A DNA stretch of 64,000 nucleotides from Candidatus Marivariicella framensis (GCA_905182735.1 CAJJCT010000002.1:9267-73266); one strand, 5' to 3'. Numbered from the stretch's first letter, positions 37,667 to 48,196 are shown. Notes: a model not told the origin generated them from the letters alone. Made by a program: numbers and translations.

Positions 37667-38293
37667 ATGAAAGAATCATTACATGCAGAAATCACTTCCC
37701 TGGCAAATCAAATCTCCAAAATGGAGATTAATTCTTCATCAGATGAATATTTTAATTTAGTAATTCAACTTTTTGAAAAAATCATTTTATTTAAGAATAT
37801 AAATCAAAAATCAAAGCTTGAGGATCAATTAGAAAAAAACAATCTTCATTTAATATCAGAGGAGGCCAATGAAAATAATGATTACAAGGACCATACGGTT
37901 GAGCCACTAATTGAAACAATTAAAGAAATGATTCCAGAAATGCCTGAGAATAATTTAACCTCAAACATTCTAAATGATCAATCAAATGATTTTTTATTTG
38001 AAAAAAAAACTTCTATCAATAGAATTGATAATCAAATATCACCTAAATTAAATGATAGGTTTGCTAAAATATTTAAAGTTGATGTAAATGATCGCTCAGC
38101 ATTTATTCAAAAATTATTTGATGAAAAATCAGATGAGTATGAAAAAGTAATGAAAAAAATATCTAGTATCCAAGATTGGAAATCAATTCATGAATTTATA
38201 CAAAATGGGGTTAAGCCTAATTATAATTCTTGGAAAGACAATTTACTTGTTGAAAAAAGATTTTTTACGATTTTAAAAAAACAATTCAACTAA
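37667..38293 (+). CDS. hypothetical acidic protein
   Basis: 208-aa ORF filling the tdk-rsmI gap. No recognisable motif. Confidence 0.35.
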   Translation: MKESLHAEITSLANQISKMEINSSSDEYFNLVIQLFEKIILFKNINQKSKLEDQLEKNNLHLISEEANENNDYKDHTVEPLIETIKEMIPEMPENNLTSNILNDQSNDFLFEKKTSINRIDNQISPKLNDRFAKIFKVDVNDRSAFIQKLFDEKSDEYEKVMKKISSIQDWKSIHEFIQNGVKPNYNSWKDNLLVEKRFFTILKKQFN

Positions 38294-38307
38294 AACAAAT
38301 TTTATAA

Positions 38308-38982
38308 ATGCCATTATATATTGTGCCTACACCGATTGGAAACTTAAAAGATATTACATATCGAGCAGTTGAAGTATTAAATAATGCAGATATAATTTTA
38401 GCCGAAGACACCAGAACGAGTTCAAAGCTTTTAAATCACTATTTGATTGATGGAAAACTTCAAAGTTTCCACATGCACAATGAACATAAAAAGCTAGTGA
38501 GCATTTTAAAACATTTAGAATCAGGAAGTTTAATTGCTATGATTTCAGATGCTGGAACTCCTGGAATTTCAGATCCAGGATTTCTGTTAGTAAGGGAATC
38601 AATAGCAAAAGGGATAGATGTTTTTTGCTTGCCAGGAGCTACTGCTTTAATCCCAGCACTTATTCAAAGCGGTTTTCCTTCGGATAGGTTTGTCTTTGAG
38701 GGATTCCTTCCAAATAAAAAAGGAAGACTTGCTAGACTAGAAATTTTAGCCAATGAAAAAAGAACAATAGTTTTATATGAATCTCCTCATAGAATTTTAA
38801 AAACTCTTAATCAGTTTCTTCTATATTTTAAAGAAGAAAGAAAAATCAGTGTAGTAAGAGAACTTTCCAAAAAGTTTGAAACACAATTTAGAGGTACAAT
38901 TAGAGAGGCAATAGATTATTTTAGCGAAAACAAACCAAAAGGAGAGTTTGTGATTTCAATTTCCTCAGAATCAGATAAATAA
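38308..38982 (+). CDS. rsmI: 16S rRNA (cytidine1402-2'-O)-methyltransferase
   Basis: LYIVPTPIGNLKDITYRAVEVL, AEDTR and SDAGTPGISDPG. Confidence 0.85.
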   Translation: MPLYIVPTPIGNLKDITYRAVEVLNNADIILAEDTRTSSKLLNHYLIDGKLQSFHMHNEHKKLVSILKHLESGSLIAMISDAGTPGISDPGFLLVRESIAKGIDVFCLPGATALIPALIQSGFPSDRFVFEGFLPNKKGRLARLEILANEKRTIVLYESPHRILKTLNQFLLYFKEERKISVVRELSKKFETQFRGTIREAIDYFSENKPKGEFVISISSESDK

Positions 38983-38985
38983 TTA

Positions 38986-40683
38986 ATGGAAAAATTATGG
39001 AAATTATCAAATAACTCAGATCCCAAAATCATAAACACTTTAGGGCGTGAGCTAAATGTTTCTAATATTATAGCTGAACTTCTAGTTAAAAGAAATATTC
39101 ACACATTCTTAGAAGCTAAAAAATTTTTTCGCCCAAAGCTAGAAGACTTAATAGATCCATTTTTAATGAAAGGCATGTATGAGGCGACTAATAAGATAAA
39201 TGAAAGTTTAAAAAACGGTGAAAAAATTATGATTTATGGAGATTATGATGTTGACGGGACTACTTCTGTAGCATTACTTTACTCCTACTTAACAAAACAA
39301 AATTCTAACGCAATATACTACATACCAGACAGGTACAAAGAAGGTTATGGGCTATCTATTGCAGGGATTGAAAAGGCTAAAGAAGAAAAAGTTTCTTTAA
39401 TTATAATTATTGATTGTGGAATCAAAGCTATTGATCAAATTGAATTAGCCAATTCATATCAAATAGATACAATTATTTGTGATCACCATAAGCCAGGAAA
39501 AATTTTACCAAAGGCAAAAGCAATATTAAATCCTAAACAGATTGATTGCAACTATCCCTATAAGGAATTATGTGGTTGCGGAATAGGGTTTAAATTAATT
39601 CAGGCAATTGAGCTACAAAAAAATCAAAAACTAGACTCTATATTAGAATATTTGGATTTAGTTGCAATAGCAATTTGTGCAGATATAGTTCCTATAACAG
39701 GAGAAAATAGGCTACTTACTTTTTTAGGGTTACAATTAATAAATAAAAATTTAAGACCTGGATTTTCCCGGTTCTTAAAAAACAAAAAAAAGAATATTAA
39801 TGTATCAGATTTAATTTTCACTATCGCACCCAGAATCAATGCTGCAGGTAGAATGAATCACGGAAAACATGCAGTTGAATTACTAATATGTAAAGAGGAG
39901 AATGATATATCTTCAAAAGCACGAGCAATTGAACTATTAAATACGGAAAGAAAACTACTTGATGAAAAAATAACTAAAGAAGCAATAGAGCAAGTTGAGA
40001 CCTTGTCAGAATTAAATAATTCAACAACTGTAGTTTTTAGACCAGACTGGCATAAGGGAGTAATTGGAATTGTAGCTTCAAGACTAATAGATCATTATTA
40101 TAGACCCACTGTTGTCTTAACAAAATCAGGTGACGTCTATGCTGGTTCAGTAAGATCAGTGAGAGGTTTTGATGTTTATGAAGCGTTATTAGCGTGTTCT
40201 GACTCTATGATTCAATTTGGTGGACATAAATATGCAGCTGGTCTCACTCTTAGTCCATCTAAATACTCTGATTTCAAAATAGCTTTTGAAAGAGAAGTTT
40301 CAGACAGAATAGGGCCTGATCAAACTACTCCAAGTGTAATTTATGACATTGAAACCACTCTAGATAATTTTGATTTCTCTCTATATAGAATCATTAATCA
40401 AATGGGACCATTTGGCCCTTTAAACAGACAACCTCTTTTTTATATAAAGAACTGTATTGATAATGGCTTTACAAAATTAGTTGGAGCTGAAAAAAATCAC
40501 CTAAGTATAGGTATCAAAGATGAAACAGAAACTAATTTTTATGGAATTGGTTTTGAAATGGAAAAATATATTTCTAAAATTAAAATGAAGAATAAATTTT
40601 CAATCCTTGCACATCTTCAAAACAATGAATTTAGAGGAAATTCAAAGCTTCAATTATTAGTTAAAGATATTTATTTTGAATAA
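38986..40683 (+). CDS. recJ: single-stranded-DNA-specific exonuclease RecJ
   Basis: DHH motifs: GDYDVDGTTS, IIIDCG, ICDHH and GGHKYAAG. Confidence 0.9.
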   Translation: MEKLWKLSNNSDPKIINTLGRELNVSNIIAELLVKRNIHTFLEAKKFFRPKLEDLIDPFLMKGMYEATNKINESLKNGEKIMIYGDYDVDGTTSVALLYSYLTKQNSNAIYYIPDRYKEGYGLSIAGIEKAKEEKVSLIIIIDCGIKAIDQIELANSYQIDTIICDHHKPGKILPKAKAILNPKQIDCNYPYKELCGCGIGFKLIQAIELQKNQKLDSILEYLDLVAIAICADIVPITGENRLLTFLGLQLINKNLRPGFSRFLKNKKKNINVSDLIFTIAPRINAAGRMNHGKHAVELLICKEENDISSKARAIELLNTERKLLDEKITKEAIEQVETLSELNNSTTVVFRPDWHKGVIGIVASRLIDHYYRPTVVLTKSGDVYAGSVRSVRGFDVYEALLACSDSMIQFGGHKYAAGLTLSPSKYSDFKIAFEREVSDRIGPDQTTPSVIYDIETTLDNFDFSLYRIINQMGPFGPLNRQPLFYIKNCIDNGFTKLVGAEKNHLSIGIKDETETNFYGIGFEMEKYISKIKMKNKFSILAHLQNNEFRGNSKLQLLVKDIYFE

Positions 40684-40693
40684 TTCTCCACTA

Positions 40694-42310
40694 TTATAAA
40701 TCCTTATAAAGCTTAATTAATTGATTTGTAGATTTATCGTGGGTGTTATTTGTATTAGACTCAAAGTCTTCTAAAACTTTGTCAGCAAGTTTTTTACCTA
40801 GTTCAACACCCCATTGATCATAACTGTATATGTTCCATAAAACTCCTAGTGTAAATATTTTATGCTCATATATTGCTATTAGAGCTCCAAGATTATATGG
40901 ATTTAGCTTTTCAATTAATATAGTATTACTAGGCTTATTTCCCTCAAAAGTTTTAAATGGAATTAGTTCATCAATCACATTTTCTTTATTTAAATCATTT
41001 TTACTTTTTCCAACCATTAAAGCTTCAGTTTGCGCAAAAAAGTTTGAAATTAATTTATCTTGATGATCAGTCTCACCATATAATGAGGTTTTAAAACCTA
41101 TGAAATCAGCAGGAATAAGCTTAGTGCCTTGATGAATTAATTGGAAAAATGCATGTTGAGCATTAGTTCCAGTTGCTCCCCATATTAATGTACCGGTCTG
41201 ATAAGTTATTAGATCTCCATTTCTATCAATGGACTTACCGTTACTTTCCATAGATGCTTGTTGAAGATAGGAAGGAAAGCTTTTCAAATATTCAGAATAA
41301 GGAATTATGGCCTCGCTTTCAGATTTATAAAAATTATTATACCAAATACTTATAAAGCTTAAAATAATAGGAATATTGTCCTCAATTGGTGCGTTTTTAA
41401 AATGCAAATCCATACTACCCGCTCCCTTAAGTAGTGCTTCAAAATTCTCATAACCAATAGACAGGCTAATTGAAAGTCCGACTGCGCTCCACAAAGAAAA
41501 TCTTCCACCTACCCAATCTTTTATGGGAAAAACATTTTGTTGATCAATACCAAATTCTGATACTTCATCGAGATTAGTCGAAATAGCTATAAAATGTTTA
41601 GAAATTGAGCCTTGAGAAGTAGATTCTAAAAACCATTTTTTTACTGTATTAGCATTTGAAATAGTTTCCTGAGTTTTGAAAGTTTTTGAAACTATAACAA
41701 ATAGCGTACTTTCAATAGGACATTTTTTTAAAACCTCTCTAACATGATCTCCCTCTATGTTTGAAATAAAGTAGGTATTAATATGATTTTTATAAAAACT
41801 AAGCGCTTCGACAACCATTGAAGGTCCAAGATCTGATCCTCCAATTCCAATGTTAACTACATGAGTTATAGGTTTTCCTGAAAAGCCCTTCCATTCACCA
41901 CTAATAATTTTGTCTGAAAACTCTTTCATTTTATCCCTAACAACGCGAATGTCATGCATTATGTCCTTTCCGTCAAGTATAAAGGGTTCATTAGAAAAAC
42001 TTCTTAATGCTGTATGTAAAACGGCTCTTTTCTCAGTTTTATTAATTTTTTCACCGCTAAAGTATGCTTTGATTTCTTCAGATAGATTAGCTTCAATAGC
42101 TAAATCTTTTAAAAGCATTAGACTTTTTTGATCAATTTTATTTTTCGAATAATCTATAAAAAAGTCTTCCCAAGAGCAACTCATTTCTTTGGCTCGAAGA
42201 ATGTTTTTTTTAAAGTATTCATCAATACGAATATTTTTAGTGACTTTAAAATGTTCCTCCAGTTTTTTCCAGGCCTTTAACTTCAATGGATTTTTATTCG
42301 CTAACTTCAT
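40694..42310 (-). CDS. pgi: glucose-6-phosphate isomerase
   Basis: VNIGIGGSDLGP, ISKTFKTQET, ESNGKS and QHAFFQLIHQG. Confidence 0.9.
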   Translation of the reverse strand: MKLANKNPLKLKAWKKLEEHFKVTKNIRIDEYFKKNILRAKEMSCSWEDFFIDYSKNKIDQKSLMLLKDLAIEANLSEEIKAYFSGEKINKTEKRAVLHTALRSFSNEPFILDGKDIMHDIRVVRDKMKEFSDKIISGEWKGFSGKPITHVVNIGIGGSDLGPSMVVEALSFYKNHINTYFISNIEGDHVREVLKKCPIESTLFVIVSKTFKTQETISNANTVKKWFLESTSQGSISKHFIAISTNLDEVSEFGIDQQNVFPIKDWVGGRFSLWSAVGLSISLSIGYENFEALLKGAGSMDLHFKNAPIEDNIPIILSFISIWYNNFYKSESEAIIPYSEYLKSFPSYLQQASMESNGKSIDRNGDLITYQTGTLIWGATGTNAQHAFFQLIHQGTKLIPADFIGFKTSLYGETDHQDKLISNFFAQTEALMVGKSKNDLNKENVIDELIPFKTFEGNKPSNTILIEKLNPYNLGALIAIYEHKIFTLGVLWNIYSYDQWGVELGKKLADKVLEDFESNTNNTHDKSTNQLIKLYKDL

Positions 42311-43589
42311 TGTTTTGAATTTCTTCGTTTTGATTGACTAAGTTTTTTAAAAATTCTGGCTCAAAAGGAACACAATCTAGATCAGTTTTAATAGGCCCCA
42401 TGAGTGAGAAGTATTCTACTTTTAATTTTTTAGAAATAGGTTTAGCTTGAGGCAGTTTTTGTCTAAAAGGATCAACCTGCTTTCCTTTTTTCCAAAATCT
42501 ATAACAAACGTGTGGCCCTGATGTATTTCCAGTCATTCCAACCCATCCTATTATATCACCTTGTTTTACGCTTTGCCCTTTTCGAACCTTTTTTTTCTTC
42601 ATGTGTAAATATTGAGTAGTATATGTGTTATTGTGTTTTAAAGTAATATAATTACCATTACCTCTTGTATAGGATGCTTTAATTACTCTCCCAGATGCTG
42701 TTGCCATTATCGGAGTACCGACACCTGCTGCAAAATCAGTTCCTTTATGAGGGCGAATTCTATTTCCATAATATGCAATTCTTCTTTTAAGATTGTACCT
42801 AGAGGAAATTCTACTGAACTTAACTGGCGATTTTAAAAAGGCTCGTCTTAAGTTTTTGGCATTCTCATCAAAATAATCTATTATTCCTTTTTCACTATCT
42901 GATTCAAATTCAAAAGCATATAAACCTTTCCCTTTATGTACAAAATAAGCTGCTTTTATCTGACTTACTCCTAATGAAATTGAATCATCAACAAATCGTT
43001 CTGTATAAATCACTTTGAACTTATCCCCCTTTTGTAATCGAAAAAAATCAATAGTCCACGCATAAATATCGGACAAAAAATAGGTTAACTGATCATTAAG
43101 TCCGCTTTCTAACATTGTCTCATAAAGAGAGCTATTAATTACTCCGGAGCCTTGAAGAGTTACTATTTTTATGGGCTTTTTTATTGTTTCTCCGAAAATA
43201 CTATCTCGTAATTGAATCTTCCAATATGATGCTACATCAGGCTCATATATAATAGCAATTGGAGACAATATGCTGTCCTTTGTGAAAAGTAACTTATATG
43301 GCTTTCCAATAACAAGTTTACGAGTATTTACTTGTTTTTTCGTTTTTTCTAATATTTTATAAACATCAGGATAATCAATGGAATTATTTTCTAAAATACT
43401 CCCAAATGTATCCCCTCTCTTTATTTTTTTCCCCACAACCTTAAATTTATTAAGATCATATCCAAAGCGAATATTTGAAGAGTATTTAATTTGAGTCAAA
43501 TTTTGAACAAGAACTTTGTTTTTATTTGATTCACATCCTTGAGATAAAAGACTAATCGCTAAAGCAATAACTAATTTATTGAATTTCAA
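42294..43589 (-). CDS. M23 family metallopeptidase
   Basis: HKGTDFAAGVGTPIMATASGRV and GNTSGPH (HxxxD / HxH-type LytM motifs). Its 3' end overlaps the pgi start by 17 nt. Confidence 0.75.
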   Translation of the reverse strand: MKFNKLVIALAISLLSQGCESNKNKVLVQNLTQIKYSSNIRFGYDLNKFKVVGKKIKRGDTFGSILENNSIDYPDVYKILEKTKKQVNTRKLVIGKPYKLLFTKDSILSPIAIIYEPDVASYWKIQLRDSIFGETIKKPIKIVTLQGSGVINSSLYETMLESGLNDQLTYFLSDIYAWTIDFFRLQKGDKFKVIYTERFVDDSISLGVSQIKAAYFVHKGKGLYAFEFESDSEKGIIDYFDENAKNLRRAFLKSPVKFSRISSRYNLKRRIAYYGNRIRPHKGTDFAAGVGTPIMATASGRVIKASYTRGNGNYITLKHNNTYTTQYLHMKKKKVRKGQSVKQGDIIGWVGMTGNTSGPHVCYRFWKKGKQVDPFRQKLPQAKPISKKLKVEYFSLMGPIKTDLDCVPFEPEFLKNLVNQNEEIQNNEVSE

Positions 43590-43664
43590 AAAGGTATTTT
43601 TATTAAAGGTCTTAAAAATGGAATAAAAAAGAAGAGTGTTAAACTTAAAGTTATCAAATTTTTG

Positions 43665-44483
43665 TCAATCAACTCTAATTTTAAATGGATGTTTAATATT
43701 TTTAAAGTTTTCCAAATCACATTTGATAGAACCAATCGCTATATCAGCCTGAACACGAATAGGTATTTTATTCAAGTCATTAGAAACCCATAATATTATG
43801 CTTTCCTTTTCTTTAAAGACCCTTCCTATTTGGACAACAGGAATAAACTTAAGACATTCAATTTCACCAAACTTAGTTTTAATATTTTCAATTCCTAAAT
43901 ATTTTAGCTTGAATTCAAAAGGCTCGTCATCAAAAAAAATATTGACTTTGAAGCTTTCGTTGGGGATAAGTTTTTCTGAAGGGATATGGTTTCTCAGATA
44001 ATAGAAAGTTGAGACTACATCCTGAGTATTTAACTTTATATCATGTTTTGATTGCTTTTTGTTTTTTATATCATCAACATAAGCAAAACCATTTTTTTGA
44101 TCAAAATCAATTACCTTATTCTTTGTGTAACCGCCTTCATCTATATTTCTAATAAAACGCAAGGGCTGAGTTTTTTCTTCATTGAAATAACTTTCATAAT
44201 GATCTTCAACGCGGAAAAATAAACGAGCTAAACCTGAAGTTCTTCCATATCCCTTAGCATGAATTACAGGCTCTCCATTTATAGTATCACTACTAAGTGT
44301 TAATGAGGCATGACTCGCGCTAAACAAACCATAATGCAGCCTAAACTGAAGCCATTCACCATTTTTAAAAGCAGAACTATTCGATACTTTTTCTTCTTTT
44401 TGATTGATTTGACCCTTAATTTTAAGAGGGGCTATTATCAAACCAAAAAACATGATAAGTAAATATGTTTTTCTTAAAATCAA
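43665..44483 (-). CDS. DUF3108-like secreted protein
   Basis: 272 aa with signal peptide (..IKGQ). The GEWLQFRLHYGLFSASHASL start is reminiscent of DUF3108. The call is from memory. Confidence 0.4.
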   Translation of the reverse strand: MILRKTYLLIMFFGLIIAPLKIKGQINQKEEKVSNSSAFKNGEWLQFRLHYGLFSASHASLTLSSDTINGEPVIHAKGYGRTSGLARLFFRVEDHYESYFNEEKTQPLRFIRNIDEGGYTKNKVIDFDQKNGFAYVDDIKNKKQSKHDIKLNTQDVVSTFYYLRNHIPSEKLIPNESFKVNIFFDDEPFEFKLKYLGIENIKTKFGEIECLKFIPVVQIGRVFKEKESIILWVSNDLNKIPIRVQADIAIGSIKCDLENFKNIKHPFKIRVD

Positions 44484-44535
44484 ATAAATACTTTTTTAAA
44501 CAAGTGTAAAAATAAACACATAATATTAAATTATA

Positions 44536-46278
44536 TTATTTATTATTAACAGAATGTAAATTTTCATAAATATCTTTTGCTCTTGAAAGTCCTATTACCT
44601 TATTAAGTTCATCTTTTGAAGCCTTTTTTATATTCTTGAAGGACTTAAAAGTTTTAATAAGCTTTATTTGAGTTTTAGGTCCAACACCTTTAATATTGTC
44701 TAAAGATGTGCTTAGAGCTTTTTTACTTCTTTTATTCCTATGAAGCTTTATTCCAAATCTATGGGCTTCATTTCTTAACTGTTGAATAATCCTTAAAGTC
44801 TCTGATTTTTTATCCATATAAAGAGGCACTGGATCATCAGGGTAGAAAATTTCTTCTAATCTTTTAGCAATACCAATAACAGCTACTTTTCCTCTTAAGT
44901 TTAATTTATCAAGACTTTTTATTGCTGATGATAGTTGGCCTTTTCCTCCGTCTACAATTATTAATTGTGGTAAAGATGTTTTTTCTTTTTTTAGACGATC
45001 ATACCTCCTAAATACTACTTCTTCCATGGAAGCAAAATCATCAGGTCCAGATACAGTTTTAATATTATAATGTCTATAATCTTTTTTTGAAGGTTTGCAA
45101 TTTTTAAACACCACACAAGAAGCAACTGGATTAGTCCCTTGTAAGTTAGAATTATCAAAACATTCTATATGAACTGGACTTTCTTTTAATCTTAAATCTG
45201 ATTTCATTTGTGAAAGTATTCTATTAGCATGTCTTTCAGGATCTAAGATTTTAATTTGTTTAAACCTTTCCATTCGGAATGATTTGGCATTTTTAAGAGA
45301 CAGCTCTAGAAGCTTTTTTTTATCTCCTACTTTTGGTATAATACATTTTATTTTAGAACCCAAATTAAGATCAAACGGCAAAATTACTTCAATAGAATTT
45401 GACTTAAATCTTTGGCGTAATTCTATTAATGAAATTCTTAATATTTCATTATCAGACTCATTTAAGCTTTTTTTAATTTCAATTGTATAAGAGCTAATTA
45501 TGGCCCCAAATGATATTTGCATAAAGTTAACATAAGCAAAACTATCATCAGAGTATATAGAGAAAACATCAACTTCTGATATGTTCGGATTTACAATTGT
45601 TGATTTAACTTGATAGTTATATAAAATTTCAAGTTTTTCTTTAATTTTTTGAGCCTTTTCAAATTTAGTTAAAACTGAAAGGCTATCCATTTCATTTTTA
45701 AAACGATCAATAGATGCTTTAAAGTTTCCTTTAATCATTAATTTTATATCGAATAATTTTTTTTCAATTTCACTGGAACTAATTTCTTCATTTTCCTTTT
45801 TTAATAAATGAATCAGTTCATGGTTTAAAAAAGGGTACACATCCTTAATTAGTTTTATTAAAAACTTCACACTTCTAACATTTGTAAATGGACCAAAATA
45901 CTGTCCTTTATTTTTTTCAACTCTTCTAGTATAAAATATTTTTGGACTTGGATTTCTTTGAACACATATCCAGGGGTATGTTTTATCATCTTTTAAAAGA
46001 ACATTGTATTTAGGCTTAAACTTTTTAATTAAATTATTCTCCAACAATAATGCATCCATCTCTGTCTCAACAACAATATTTTCAACTTTTATAATTTGCT
46101 TTACAAGGAGTTTTGTCCTGAAATGTGTATGGTTTTTCTTAAAATAAGACCCTACTCTTTTTTTTAAGTTTATCGCTTTTCCAATATAAATCACCTGACT
46201 TTCGTTGTTAAAGAACTTATAAATCCCTGGACTTTCCGGTAAAGTTTTTACTTGCAACTCTAGATTAGTAATCTTCAT
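44536..46278 (-). CDS. uvrC: excinuclease ABC subunit C
   Basis: The GIY-YIG N-terminus (PGIYKFFN...VIYIGKAINLKKRV), an Endo V-like domain and a C-terminal HhH. Confidence 0.9.
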   Translation of the reverse strand: MKITNLELQVKTLPESPGIYKFFNNESQVIYIGKAINLKKRVGSYFKKNHTHFRTKLLVKQIIKVENIVVETEMDALLLENNLIKKFKPKYNVLLKDDKTYPWICVQRNPSPKIFYTRRVEKNKGQYFGPFTNVRSVKFLIKLIKDVYPFLNHELIHLLKKENEEISSSEIEKKLFDIKLMIKGNFKASIDRFKNEMDSLSVLTKFEKAQKIKEKLEILYNYQVKSTIVNPNISEVDVFSIYSDDSFAYVNFMQISFGAIISSYTIEIKKSLNESDNEILRISLIELRQRFKSNSIEVILPFDLNLGSKIKCIIPKVGDKKKLLELSLKNAKSFRMERFKQIKILDPERHANRILSQMKSDLRLKESPVHIECFDNSNLQGTNPVASCVVFKNCKPSKKDYRHYNIKTVSGPDDFASMEEVVFRRYDRLKKEKTSLPQLIIVDGGKGQLSSAIKSLDKLNLRGKVAVIGIAKRLEEIFYPDDPVPLYMDKKSETLRIIQQLRNEAHRFGIKLHRNKRSKKALSTSLDNIKGVGPKTQIKLIKTFKSFKNIKKASKDELNKVIGLSRAKDIYENLHSVNNK

Positions 46279-46358
46279 TACACTAAATTAATTCTTTTCT
46301 TTTTTAAAGTTATTATTTGTAACTCAATAAACCCTTAAATTTATACTGTTTACTTATT

Positions 46359-46922
46359 ATGAAAAAAAAAAAACAATTAAGATCTCTATACCAAAATAAA
46401 AGAGAAAATTTTTCTAACAATGAAATACAAGACCTAAGTGTTTTAATATCTAATAAATGTCTGGAAATCCCAATTTGGCATTTGGAAAATTTTCATATTT
46501 TCTTGAGTATATTAATTAAAAAAGAAATAGACACATCCCCGCTACTTTCAGTTATAATGGCAAAAGATAAGCAAGTAGTTGTTCCAAAAATCATGGTATC
46601 AAAAAAGCTAGAACACGTATTATTGACTGATCAAACAATTTTAAAAAACAACTCATTAGGGATTCCAGAACCCCAAAATGGAATTATTATTTCTCCAAGA
46701 ATAATTGATGTAGTTTTTATTCCACTTTATGTTTTTGACCTGAAAGGAAACAGGGTGGGATATGGAGGAGGCTATTATGATAGATTTTTAAAAAAATGCA
46801 AAAAAGACACAGTCAAAGTTGGGTTATCTCTATTTGAGCCAGTAAAAAAAATAAAAGATATTTCAGATTTTGATGTGAAATTAGATTATGCAGTTACGCC
46901 AGAATCTATTTTTTCATTTTGA
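46359..46922 (+). CDS. 5-formyltetrahydrofolate cyclo-ligase
   Basis: GYGGGYYDRFL motif, 187 aa. Confidence 0.8.
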   Translation: MKKKKQLRSLYQNKRENFSNNEIQDLSVLISNKCLEIPIWHLENFHIFLSILIKKEIDTSPLLSVIMAKDKQVVVPKIMVSKKLEHVLLTDQTILKNNSLGIPEPQNGIIISPRIIDVVFIPLYVFDLKGNRVGYGGGYYDRFLKKCKKDTVKVGLSLFEPVKKIKDISDFDVKLDYAVTPESIFSF

Positions 46923-47587
46923 TTAAAAACAGTTTTATTAAAAAAGATTAAAATCGTAACTCCGATTGAAATAGAAGTATCAGCAATGTTAAAAATATAT
47001 TGAAAAAATAAGTAATCTTCTCCACCAATAAAAGGAATCCATCTTGGCCACGTCCATTCTACTAATGGAAATTGAATCATATCTACAACATTACCAAAAA
47101 ATATTGGGGCATAACCTTGATCTGGAAGAAAAGACGCAATTTGCCCATAACTATTGCTAAAGATTAAACCATAAAAAACAGAATCAATAATATTTCCTAG
47201 AGCTCCTGCAAAAATTAAACATAACGACCATTTTAAGTATATAGAGCTTTTATTTTTATAAAGACTTTGAAGCCAATATCCAATCCCACCAATTGCTATT
47301 AATCTAAAAAATGTAAGTAGTAGTTTGGATATGTTTTCTGGTAAAAAAGGAATAATGTCATTAAGTTTTGTTCCCATTGCCATTCCTTTATTTTCAACAA
47401 AAAGTATTTTAAAAAATCCCCAATCAACAATAGATTCATTACTATAAACTGTAATCGGATAATTAAGCTTGATATAGAATTTTGAAAATTGATCTAAAGC
47501 TAGAATTATTATAATTATTATAATTCCATGATAAATCGTATTATTTTTTATGAATTTTTTTTTCATTTCAATTTCAAAAGTATACAT
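46886..47587 (-). CDS. lspA: lipoprotein signal peptidase (signal peptidase II)
   Basis: ENKGMAMG and FNIADTSISIG catalytic-Asp motifs. Its 3' end overlaps the convergent cyclo-ligase gene by 37 nt. The start may instead be the Met at 47566. Confidence 0.85.
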   Translation of the reverse strand: MYTFEIEMKKKFIKNNTIYHGIIIIIIILALDQFSKFYIKLNYPITVYSNESIVDWGFFKILFVENKGMAMGTKLNDIIPFLPENISKLLLTFFRLIAIGGIGYWLQSLYKNKSSIYLKWSLCLIFAGALGNIIDSVFYGLIFSNSYGQIASFLPDQGYAPIFFGNVVDMIQFPLVEWTWPRWIPFIGGEDYLFFQYIFNIADTSISIGVTILIFFNKTVFNQNEKIDSGVTA

Positions 47588-48196
47588 TTAAAATGTAATA
47601 CAGTCAATTATTCCGGACACCGTAGCTACCTCTAAAAGATTATTCGATTCAAAATTATCACAATTTAATTGTTTTTTTAAATTTGTTAAAATTTTAACGT
47701 TGGGATTGCTAAAAAATATATTAGCAGAAATTGTTTTTAATATTCCCGGACTATTCCAATCATTAAGATATATTTCACCACTATTTTGAGAAATATTTAT
47801 TCTTGACACATTTCCATTAATTTTTGTAATAGCATCTTTAATATTTAATTTAAGATTTATATGTTCTGGGACCGATATATTTAAACTTGTGGAATGATTT
47901 TTATGAATACTTAATTTATCATTAAAGTTTATTGAATTTAAAATTAACTTTTCTTCAATATAAACTCTGTCTTTATTTACTTTTGATGATATAAATGTTG
48001 AATTTTTATACTCTCCTCTAGCTGTGTAATTAAGTTCAATAAATTCAGTATCACTATTAGATATGCTTATAGAACTTGTTAATGAAAGGCTTAATTCAAC
48101 AAGATATATGTTTTTTGAATCAAACTTTTTATGTAATATATTTTGACCATTTATAATAAATGGAAAAAAAAATAGCAGAAAAAATAAAGATTTTAT
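47588..48196 (-). CDS. hypothetical secreted Asn/Ser/Ile-rich protein; about 200-codon open frame lacking an ATG/GTG/TTG start
   Basis: Hand translation gives an uninterrupted frame from 48196 to TAA at 47588-47590: (I)KSLFFLLFFFPFIINGQNILHKKFDSKNIYLVELSLSL...CITF*. A typical Bacteroidota signal peptide sits at its very beginning. The ORF track only reports the last 73 codons, from an internal GTG. Confidence 0.4.
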   Translation of the reverse strand: MKSLFFLLFFFPFIINGQNILHKKFDSKNIYLVELSLSLTSSISISNSDTEFIELNYTARGEYKNSTFISSKVNKDRVYIEEKLILNSINFNDKLSIHKNHSTSLNISVPEHINLKLNIKDAITKINGNVSRINISQNSGEIYLNDWNSPGILKTISANIFFSNPNVKILTNLKKQLNCDNFESNNLLEVATVSGIIDCITF

